In this document: one piece after another, positions 37,299 to 49,357 of the stretch
Position numbering within the stretch: position 1 is the first letter of the stretch
Layout: every line of letters begins with the position of its first letter
Assembly (NCBI GenBank): GCA_964247055.1
Contig: OZ176056.1
Span: 7,068,001-7,132,000 of the forward strand
DNA length: 64,000 bases
Source: Paragordius varius
Lineage: Eukaryota; Animalia; Nematomorpha
Direction: 5' to 3'
The notes under the pieces: model-generated
What the model saw: only the letters and a program-made list of their open reading frames with translations
Told to the model about the DNA's origin: nothing
The model's database searches: none
Position numbers and translations under genes: made by a program

Positions 37299-40200
37299 TA
37301 GACACAAAACAGGCTCCATACAATAATTTTTGTGAATCAGTTGATAGTATTTTTTAGATTTTGTCAAAAGAAACATCTCTTTCTATATATAATTATATAT
37401 AGGAAATAAATTAAAACATACCCGTCTCCGTATTCAATCACATTGATAATCAGTATAAATATGTTTAATAAGGGAATGGTCTAATATTTAATAGTACCCA
37501 TTTATTCATATAGGTAGGTAAAAAAGATAATTAAACCAAATGTAATAAGAGATAATTAATATATTTTTGTAAATATTAATATTTTTAGTTTAAATCACAA
37601 TTTTGACGCTGCTAATTAAAAGTACCATTATATAATTTTTTATCAAAAAATATTTTTTTCCATTTATCAATTCGTACTAGCTTAATGTATACGCTTTCTA
37701 GAAATGTTTAACATAATACCCAAAATAAAAAGAAATCAATTTTGTTTTCGTTAATCAATTTCAATTTTTATTTGTTTCGTTCATCTCTAACACACACGAG
37801 AGAGGTGTTTAATGGCTCAATTAACTTGCTTGTTTTTATTATATATATCCCTCTCTCTTTTTTTACATTGAAAGATTTTTTTAAAATAAGCTCAGGTAGA
37901 TGGAAATATTTATTATTTTTGATCAATTTTTATTATTGAATCATAACCGTTTTTACAAATATAATGTAAAATATATTAAAAAAATTTATTTAGATTTTCC
38001 GTAAACCAACTTGTTAAACATCCATAATACAATATTTTTAAACTTTATTTAAAATGAGTTTATTTATATTACGTTCAGTGACTGGATCTTTTAAATTTTT
38101 CTGATAGAATTATAGTATTAATAATAATAGCGGCACTAAATGAATAAGCAAAAAATATTAAATCAGAAAACCGTGTTTTTTTCTGATGAAATAAAAGCTG
38201 ATAATTTATGTATTTTCTAATTAGCTAAAATGGCTTTATAGCAATTTTTTCTATTGGCATATTCCAAATTAAAAATTTAATCATTGGTATTCAACAAAGT
38301 TGTTTAAGATAATTGTTAATTCTAATTTAATTTTATAATTTGTTTGTGCCTAATAATATATCTAGACTTTTCGACAAACAATCATTTTTAAAAATGTTTA
38401 TTTAATCAAAAATAAAAATTTTTGGAATTTTTTGTGTTAATTAAATAAATAAGTAAATAAATAATATTGAGCTTTTGAAATAAAAAATAATTTGAAGAAT
38501 TACAATTATTACAAAAGGTTATTTAAATTTAAATTTTATTTTTTTATTTTAAACGTTCATATCAATCGAATACTATAAAGTGTATTAACTTTATCTAAAA
38601 TATATTGATAGGCCAAATCGTGAAACTAAGTACTATCATAGCTATAATACCTTGTTATCCTTTACACTTATACATTTGAGTAATATAAATGATACGATAT
38701 TAACATAGAGGTTAAACTCAAAAAACATAAATGTGACACCAAAATAATTATTATAAATTTATTTTCAGATCTAGTGGGGGAAGAAATTTTTTTGGCCCAA
38801 TATTATATTTCCTTTATAACTAATAAAAACCCGTTCTTTATTTTAATACCATTGTAAAATGGTTGTTATAAAAGTTTTTTGCTAGAATGCTTCGAACAAA
38901 AGAAAATCGTGCATATATATAGCAATTTTACTGAAAAGTGTAGTGACATTAGATTTAAAATATGGTTCTGAGTATGCATTAATACTTAAATAACGGAAAG
39001 TTTTTTGGATTATCCTTTGTAGTTTTAATAAATATATAACTGACCTGCGCCTCGCTGTGTGAAGTCGACGCGATTAATAGTAAATTACTATTATATTTTT
39101 TTAGCAACAAACAGAATAAAATATGTTTAGAAAGATTAATTATTGAATTTAACAGTTTTATTACCAAAAAGATGATACTAAATTACTTTCTTTTAAATGG
39201 TAATCGGCTAATTAAAAAACGCCTAGCTATAATTTTTGCCATTATTAAAGCCATATAGCTTAGGGTTAAAAATCTATAAAGCTAAATTATTTTTATGGCT
39301 TATTAAAAATAGAGTGGCCCTACACATCGGAAAGTTATTCGCTATATTTGCTTAACAGTACCTAAAAAACTGGATCCATTTGATCTTACATATTTTCCGA
39401 TAAATCGTTCAAAGATTTTTTTGGTGATATTATATTTGAACGTGATTTAAAGGGGGATTTCCACAGGCGCTAATTAAATGTGTGTTTTTTAAAATCCCAT
39501 TTAGAAATATTTGGGGAGCTATTCAAAAAGTATATCTATCACGCACAACACATTATCAAAAATATTCTTTATAGTATTATATCGGCCAACACACTTTCTG
39601 GAAATCGGTTCAAAGCCATCATTCTACATTTTGTAAGTGTACAGAAGGAAATGGCTAAAGATTTAGTGTAAATGCCCATTAATAATTAACCTGGACCCCG
39701 AGCTTAACAGAGCGCATTCCTTAATTATTCCATAATAGCGCCTCCTCCAAAAATAAGGTTTATTAATGTTTCAAATATGATGGCAACAAAATTTCCAGAA
39801 AACTAAACCAAATTTTGTTATATTTTTAATTCACAGATCAGATTTTTATTTTTGTATTCCTAGTTTAAGCCCCGCTCAGCAACCAAAAAGCGACAATACC
39901 TTATATACAACCATTTAATGGTCAGGATAATGGGATTTTATGTAATTTGTTAATTATTTAAAAAAATTCAACTATTTTAATATTGTTCAAAAATGATAGA
40001 AACTGTTTCTACCACGTCACATCCAACTTTGTTGCAGCGATGCTAGGGTGCAGATGCTTAATAGAAGTTAATTAAAAATTTACTATAACTATTTTCAATA
40101 TAAAAGATCGTGTGTTTCCAGCGAAGTTCCCTTTTTCTCACACAATAGTTAATTTGTTGGCATAATCTAAAAGTTTTGAATTATATAAATTACCTTAATC

Positions 40201-42451
40201 GAACTACCATCTCAGTAAGTCCTCACGCAATTTCATCCATCCCAAATATGCCATAAACCGTGTCTTGTATGACAAAAATTACGAAAGTTATCTGCCTGTC
40301 AATAGGCCCCTAAAATAAATAATTAGTATAAAAAATAATATCGATTATTATGTACATTATCTTTTATATATAGTTTTCCTACTGTGAGGCGTTTCATATT
40401 ATTACATTTTTAATATTTTTGTGGGGCCTTTCTTGACACAAAATTTTTAAAGCTCCGTTGAACGATATACTTTATAAATAATATTTTTCTCAAAAAACAC
40501 TGATTAAATGTTTTAAAAATGTGCGATATTTTACCAAGAGTCTTTCTCCTCTAAAAAAAGGTCCTGTTTATGATAAGCCACTTTCACCTTTTCACAAAAT
40601 CGATTAAATATAATCCAATTTATTATAATCTTAATGGCCGTTTTCATGTTTTACAAATAAGTGCTTTTGTTCAACATTCATAACTAGCTCTGTGTTGATG
40701 ATAATTTTTTGACATAAAGCAATTATAACTAGAATCATTTTTATAAAAAGTTTATAAATTTCTAAAGCTGGTACAAATTTAACAAAAAATTTCCAAAATT
40801 TGTATTTCATATTTGACTTTTTCCTTAGAATATGCCAATTAAAAGTCAATATAAAATATGTATTTTCTGATAGAAACATGCATCATTCTATTATGCTTTT
40901 GGTTTAGGGTCTTACGAGTGATATAAGCAATTTTTGCACTTTTTTGGTATTTACTCGATATTGAAGCTTGCAAGATTAGTTCCATTATGCTAGATAAAAT
41001 TTCTTTTGGTAAACACTTACTGCTTTATTCCAAAGAAAATCATTAAAATATATAACTATATAAAGCATAACCTTTTATCTATTTTAATTTTAAGATGTAG
41101 GCCTCAAATATTTGTTCCACTCTAAAATGGGCACTCAATAATTCTAAAATTTGGCGATATTTTTAATATATGCTAAATTTTGCATAGCTTCATATGCGGT
41201 AATTTATAGACTAAATCAGAACATAAAGATTTTTTGCGGGTTACACACACAAATATTTTGATAATAACATGTTCTACTAAATGGACATATATTGTTAATA
41301 ACCAATGTTTTTTGAAAATCTATAATTATCGTAACAGACTAATTTAACGGATATCCCTGGGTCTTTTTACATGTTTTATTTAAAATGTCGCCTCAACATA
41401 ATTTAAGACAAAACAGTAAAGAAAATTTCAGCTTATTTTATAAATTGATATTTATTTGTATCTTGCCATAAACTCAACATACCTTTATCATTTGGAATTT
41501 TTTTAATCTTTTTTCAAAACTGGAATCACTGTTATCGATAAATTCCTTTATAAGATGCGTATCAAAACCGCAGCATGAGTTTCGAAAAAGAGAAAATTTT
41601 TCTGAAAAATTGCGAAAATACCGATTTTATTTTCAAATATTAAAAAATAAAAAAAATTGATCCCACTTAAAAATTTTGAATTAATATTTCTAAGAAACCA
41701 AAAAAATCAATTCAGGGCATAAAAAGCCCTTTTAGGGCCACGGTTTGATGACTGTGCTAAATTATGGCATCTAAATTGACTTTTCTAAAAAATGCCTACT
41801 CAAAAATTCATGTTTTAGCATTTTATTGAACGTATTTTTTGTTATTGATAATGAATCAGTTAAGACGATTAAAAAATTCGTTCTTCAAATTTATGTTAAA
41901 TAAAAATTGCTTTTGTAAGCAAACGAACCTTTATATCAAAATGGTCATAAAAATATTCAGCATTATCGATTCATATTGAAAGTGAAAACATCTTACGTTT
42001 TTATACCGTTTCCATCATGTTTCAAAGTAGCATAAAGTATGATTTAACAAAATTTTGCTAATGATTAAATTTTTGAAAGTATACATCCAAAAACACCCTT
42101 TTGATGCCATACATATAGCATATTTTATCGCACAATGGCATTTTTGCCGTTATTTTAAGAGAACAAGCTCATTTTAAAGGAGGGCAACAATCTATCGAAG
42201 CCCATATCTTAAAATAAAATTTTTTTAAAGTATAGTTTTGCTTTATAAATACTCTAACTTTTAACAAAAAAAATTTAATTCGCCTAATGGCTCTAATCTT
42301 GCGGGTCCACGATATCGAAATATCAAAAAAATGCAAATATCCTTCTTATATCACCGGTAAGCCCAAAACCAAACGCATCAGGACATACAAATTTATTAGA
42401 GTGGTAACTGACAGGCTAATTTGAATGAATCTTTTATTACACCATTAGATT

Positions 42452-42904
42452 AACGCAATATTATTTGCGTTACGAAAGTTTCATAGTTTCATATATGGTA
42501 GAAAATTTATAATATGAACTGACCATTTACCTTTAGTAAAGTTAATAAATAGAGATCGAAATTTAAAAGAGATACATAATGCTAAAGTACTAAGGTGGAT
42601 TAATATGATAAATGAATACGACTTTGAAATAAGTCATCAAAAAGGGGCTCAAAATAGAGCTGATTATTTATCGAGATGGTCGATTGACGAGATCGTTGTC
42701 TATGATGAAGATTATGCGGTTACCAGATATCTGAGATTTTTTAATTGTCATAACGTGCGGTTAAGCAGATATGAAATTCGAAAAGAAACCGCCTTAGATC
42801 CAGTATTACAAAAAGTAATTAAAGCGTTTAACAACCATGACTGGAGTTTTCCAGAATTAGAAAAGATGACAAAAAAATTAAAAAATAATCAAAAATATTT
42901 TTAG
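42452..42904 (+). mobile_element. Isolated gypsy pol (RNase H) fragment from a different family
   Basis: NAILFALRKFHSFIYGRKFII*TDHLPL...LRWINMINEYDFEISHQKGAQNRADYLSR...IRKETALDPVLQKV. Confidence 0.8.
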
Positions 42905-45900
42905 TTTTATTTTGAATAAGTTTTTTTTACTGAATAACATATGAATGTTAAGATATTGATAGTAAGTTCAGCTAGTAAATAATTAAAAACATTATTTTAC
43001 TATAGTTTCATGAAATTCTTTTAAGTATGTTAAAAGAAAAACGCCATCTTTTGAGCAGAGATATGCCCTAACTATATGATTTTTGGTTATTTATACATTG
43101 AAAATTATCTCTTAAAATAATAATAAACCATAATAACTCAAATTTTATCATTATTTTTTGAATTATCTTTGATTAACCCTAATTTTACCTTTTTATTACA
43201 ATTTTCTCTAATTTTCAAAAGATCGTCAACAAATTAAAATTGCGGCAAAATAATTCGCCGGTCATAAGCTATGATAAAAAAATTTTTTTACGTGCCCGCG
43301 TGATTTTTTTCTCCTAAAAAGTAGTCCTCGGGAAAAAAATTTGGCCATCGCTGTTATATATCAATAAAATAATTTAGGGAAAAGTTTTTTTGTGATTTCA
43401 AACAAGCGATCCTGATACCATTTTAAAATTATCATGGAGTTAATGACTTTTTAACATAAATTAATCAAAAATTTTAATATTTAAAATAAAAAATTACCTA
43501 TGCTCCGAATAATCATGGTTGAAAGAAATATTTTTTTAAAATGTAAATATTTTTAAAATCCATCTCCTATATAAATGAAAAAGTATGGGATTTTTAATTA
43601 TGTTGTTTTGCAAGAGTTGCAATATTATTGGTAAACAAGCCTGTTTATATATTAACCTTTAAAATCAGTATTGCTTTTAAATTTAAATCATACTACTAAA
43701 TGTTACAATACAATAAAGGTTTCGGGCATATTTTTTTTATTTAGAAATTCAAATCCAAAAAATTAATATTTATAATTTTATTATAGCCTAGTTCAGTGGT
43801 AAGTGACCAAAAAATTGAAGGCCCATAAAAAAATCTTTGCTCAAGGTACCTGCAGCACATATTACAGATAAATTTTTTATAGCTGTCTGACACATTAGTA
43901 GATATTTACACTAAAATAGGTACATCAACAAATGGACTAAATAATTTAGTGCTAGAAAACTTTTAGGGCCGCAGGTGTTTCATTTCAATTCTAATATGGA
44001 TGCTATTTTTTAGTTAATTCAATAGTACCTCATAATTTTATTTTTTTACATCTAATTTTTAGGAAATATTTTAATGATATAAATTTTAAGCATGTTTTTA
44101 TTCACATTTTAGTTAAAAATGACTATCTTCAGATGGCTTTATTCCCGAGAAAATCAGTCCTTAATTTGTGAAAAAGGAAAACAACACCCATATAAATGTG
44201 TTTTGCAAAATACTGTATTGTGTAATACATTTTACCACATATCTTATATATTAACCGCGGGAGAATGATATTAAAATAAAAATTATATGCAATCAATGAT
44301 TTATTTAGAGATCCAATTATATTAAAAAAGTTACAATAATTGAATATTTTATGCAACACTTAAACAAGGAGTTGGTATGTTTAACCCAATGCTTTAATTA
44401 TATTGCATAAAAAGCTATGCATTTTTCAGTAATTAGATGTCATAATTTAATATTAATAAAAAATTTATCACGCAATCATGGCATTTTGCGTTTATTTTAA
44501 AATAATAGCTTATTTTAGAGGAGCACATAAGTTTCTGACTTTTTAATAAATAAATTTTATAATGCTCGATATGATTTGCTCTATGATGCACAACTATATG
44601 ATAAAAATGTAAATAACTTTCTCTGATTCGGACCCTCAAAGCTAGATCGCCATCTTTGGGTGAATTTTTTTATAAGTATTTATTATATTTTAGGAAACAA
44701 TTTTTTACACACTATCTAGTAAATTATATGTATGTATATATATATATATATAGATATATATATTAAAACAACAAGAAGTAGATCTTTTTAACACTTCCCT
44801 TTCATTTTTTATGGAAGATTTTAAGGGGTAGTCAACTTATATCTTAAACTAGAAAACGTACTGTTTTGAAAGTTGTTAGTTAAAATAAGATTTTATCAAA
44901 CATTCATGCATTGAATTTTGAAGCTAATATTTCGCAAATTTTAGTCATAATTGCAGCTCTAAAATACGACTAAGCCAAAAATCGGATTTTAAAATCGATT
45001 ATAAAAAAAGATGCTATTTAAAGCTTTCTTATTGCGCATCAAGCCTAATATATATTAATTGTCACAATTTAAAATAACCATTAATAAAATATGGCGGTTA
45101 AAGGGTGATTAAGATTGTTTTACTTTTTTTCTAAAAAAACTGTTTTGCATGTGCTTATACGGCTAAAGAATGCATAAATCGATTCAAATTGGCGTATCTA
45201 AATACCCAAGTAAAAAACTACTGAATGAAACAGTACCAATTTAAATTTATGCCACTATCCTAATAAAAATTATATAACAAAATATCTAGATAAATTTCGT
45301 TTAAAAAAAGTTCCATGTCAAACTACTTCGACGCCATTTTTTATCAATTTTCCGGAAATCGTGTCCATTTAATTTTAAAAAACTGAAGCTAGTTTTTTAT
45401 TTAAATTACATCTAACATTGATGGAAATAAAAAAGTGGTAAATTTTGTATTGTTTTACAAATTAGCCAATCCACACATGTATTGACTAAATTTTTACCTT
45501 TATCAAGTATTTTTGGATAAAATTTTTTATATATTTCGGGTTGTCATGGTATCGATTCTTTACATATTATTTAAAGTTAATTTTAAACAGGTCTGTGGTA
45601 TCCAACTACCCCAATTTGAATTGAAGGACTGCAACAATTGTATTGTATACAAGTGTTAGTAATTTATATAACTCGTACCAATAACAACGAGAATCCTATG
45701 CATTTTTCTATAAAAATATTTAATCTAGCATGATATTATTTATAAACTCCGGTACACTGTATAATATTTTAGTTTTTATAGAGAAAGAAAATTTATTTCA
45801 GGCAATTTTAAAATTACCCTTTGTTTACGGCCACCTATGCTAATATTATGCCCTTATAATAAAAAACATACATTTGAAGAAATTTGACGAAAAAATTTAA

Positions 45901-46049
45901 AGATTTATAAATTTATTTATGGTAAAACTTCTCCTCATATTTTAAAGCGACACTCTTAAAAGGCATTTTCTTTTTATAATAAATCAAGATATTTCGTTAT
46001 AAATTTCCCATCTTACACCTTTTCTAATTGCCTTGCCACACAACCTATG

Positions 46050-46083
<34 letters not shown>

Positions 46084-47426
46084 TTAGAGCCTTGAATACT
46101 CATAAAAATATTTTAAAATATATTAAACTTCCTTAGCAGATACCATTTTGTAAATAACATCTTGCTAAAGAAACTGGTATATATTATAATTGGTAATTAA
46201 ATTAAGTAGTTACAAAAATTTTTATTTTCCACCTTAATTTGAATAAATTTAGAATTTTGAGCAAATTTTTGACCTGCAAATTGCTGAATCAAAAAAGTTT
46301 TTTTATAATGAATGATTGATAATTATATTTTGAAAAAAATTGTAAATGATTATAAAAGTTTAAACCACAGGTGAATCTTTAAAATCGTCATAAATAAAAT
46401 GAAATGCTATAAATATTTAATACACCAATTTTTCATTAGAAAAACGATTTTGGTTTTAGCTTAAAATAAGTAATATTAATTTTAAATAAAATTTTATATA
46501 TTTCGATTTCGTTATATAAGTGCAAAATTTTGCCATAATTTCGATTCCTTCTCTATTTTTTAAATAATTTAATTTTAAACAGGCCTGGGGTATCCAACTA
46601 CCCCAATTAGAATCGAAGGACTAAAATGAATGTTGTATCCAAGTGTTAAAAATTAAGTTCCATTTTTATCTTTACCCATCCTAAAATCAAATATAATTGA
46701 CTCCCATTTTCCAGTTAATGATTGATAGATTTAAGGTTAAATAACACAGTATAATAGAAGTAAAGATATATTAAACAGAAAATATATATTAAAATACCAG
46801 AAATCAAAACATGTGTGTGTGATATTATAATACAGCAATTATATAGTAACTATTTTGCTTGAAGCTACATTTAACATTAACTAGGTGTATCACAAAGAGT
46901 TATAAGTGTTCAGAATTATATAGGTGCGTTTTACGACTGTAGGATCTAACTTAACATCACTCTTCCCCTGTCCTTGATATCTATGTGGTGGGTGTCAGAT
47001 TCGTGTAGGGCAGGGGTTCTTAAACTATGGGTCGCGACCCCATTTGGGGTCGCGAGTGATAAAAATACAATTTAACAAAAAATGTTTTTTAACTTGTAAA
47101 ATTATTGTTATAAAGAAAATAACAATCATCGTATATATATATATTATATATATCATCTGGTTCCGAAAAAGTGTCCAGCATTTCTCTTTTAAACATATCT
47201 ATTTCACATGTTTTAATGAAGAATGAAGAGAAGATTATCTTTGGGAACGTCTTTTTGAAAAAACAACTATATTTGCTCTTCTAGTTTTAATTTGTCAGGG
47301 CCTCTGTAACAAGATTTTAATTTTCTTTTTATTCGGTAATTAATAATCAATTATGTTAATACTGTCAACGAGAACGATTATGTTAAAATAATAATTTGTA
47401 TTCTCGTAAAATTTAAATCAAACTAT

Positions 47427-47465
47427 ATCCAAAATTTTCGATACATGAGAGTTTTTTCAATGGAT
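47427..47465 (-). ncRNA. Second, further-decayed copy of the hammerhead-like motif (inverted arm)
   Basis: Same motif as 49316-49357 with a 3-nt deletion breaking stem II. Confidence 0.4.
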
Positions 47466-49315
47466 TAACTAAAATAAAGAAAATAATAATAAGATTAATT
47501 AAAACAAAATTTGAAAAAATATAATTATAAATTATGATAACAAAAAAATGCAAAGTGATGTGCATGTGTTATTGTTTTTTCCTTGGTGTGGTAAATATTT
47601 TGAAGTAATCTGTTTCTTTTAGGAAGTCTTTTGTGACTTTGTTAAGATCTTTCCTCTCTTCTCTTCTGTTTATGAGGTGTATACTGTTTGAATGGATAAA
47701 ACAAGCCTCCAAAATCAACATATCGGATAATTTGTCGGCTTGTGCTACAATGGATGCTGGGCCGAAGGTGTGACCTGTATTGTTGCAATGGTCGTAGATG
47801 GCCGAACCTTTTCTGTTTGTTCTTTTTCTCTAATATTTATAGGGCGTTTAGATTGTCCAATATAGTGCGCTGGACAATCATTACATCTTTTGTGGTAGAC
47901 AGTACATTCGTTTTTTGGTTCTCGGCGTGGTCATAACAGACTTAATAAATTCTTTGGTGGTTTGTAATAAACACGTACATCCTTTTTTGTAATAATATTG
48001 TTAACTTTTTTGGATGTATTGTTATAAGTCAGGCAAATACATTTTTCGGGCGGATTTTGTTTTTCTCTTGGGTTTAATATATTGTTTATTGAATCTGTTA
48101 TCCAATGCTTTTTATAATCTTGATCAAGTAATATGGTTACGATTTCTGATGTTTGAGATGTTCGTACCTTTATGTCATTTGGTAATCTAAGCGTTCTTTT
48201 TAGAAACGCGTTTGTTATGGCTTTGTAAGTTGCTACTGGATGGTTTAGTTCAATCATTGGTGAAGTTTGCATGAGACTAATTGAGCAACAGGCTTTTGAA
48301 AAATTTCGTCCAAACCTCTATACCCGTTATGTGGATGATATTTTAATTATCGACACCATTGACAATATAAAAGTTTTTCCAAACATTCAACAAAATATCC
48401 GAGTTAAAACTAACAATAGAGGAAGAAAAGAACAACAGTATCAACTTTTTAGACCTCAATCATACCCGTAGAATCAATAGTATATCCATACAAGTCCATT
48501 ATAAAGAACTTTTCTCTTACCAGTTTTTACCCTTTAAGTCTAACCATCCAGTAGCAACTTACAAAGCCATAACAAACGCGTTTCTAAAAAGAACGCTTAG
48601 ATTACCAAATGACATAAAGGTACGAACATCTCAAACATTAGAAATCGTAACCATATTACTTGATCAAGGTTATAAAAAGCATTGGATAACAGATTCAATA
48701 TACACTATATTAAACCCAAGAGAAAAACAAAATCCGCCCGAAAAATGGATTTGCCTGACTTATAACAATACATCCAAAAAAGTTAACAATATTATTACAA
48801 AAAAGGATGTACGTGTTTATTACAAACCACCAAAGAATTTATTAAGTCTGTACCACGCCGAGAACCAAAAGAATGTACTGTCTACCACAAAAGATGTAAT
48901 GATTGTCCAGCGCACTATATTGGACAATATAAACGCCCTATAAATATTAGAGAAAAAGAACACAACAGAAAAGGTTCGGCCATCTACGACCATTGCAACA
49001 ATACAGGTCACACCTTCGGCCCAGCATCCATTTTCGCACAAGCCTACAAATTATCCGATAGGTTGATTTTGGAGGCTTGTTTTATCCATTCAAACAGTAT
49101 ACACCTCATAAACAGAAGAGAAGAGAGGAAAGATCTTAACAAAGTCACAAAAGACTTCCTAAAAGAAACAGATTACTTCAAAATATTTACCACACCAAGG
49201 AAAAAACAATAACACATGCACATCACTTTGCATTTTTTTGTTATCATAATTTATAATTATATTTTTTCAAATTTTGTTTTAATTAATCTTATTATTATTT
49301 TCTTTATTTTAGTTA

Positions 49316-49357
49316 ATCCATTGAAAAAGATACTCTCATGTATCGAAAATTTTGGAT
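49316..49357 (+). ncRNA. Degenerate minimal hammerhead ribozyme (type I) in the PLE 3' end
   Basis: ATCCA-TTGAAAAA-GATAC(TCTCAT)GTATC-GAA-AATT-T-TGGAT: stem I, stem II, GAAA and palindromic AATT are present; core CUGANGA reads UUGAAAA. Confidence 0.5.

Noticed and set aside
39260-39270. TTAGGG telomeric seed
   Set aside because: Single unit only.
39875-40020. MARE half-site (TGCTGAG) and UPRE-like TGACGTGG upstream of maf
   Set aside because: Single 7-8-mers are expected by chance in 64 kb; no conservation data available.
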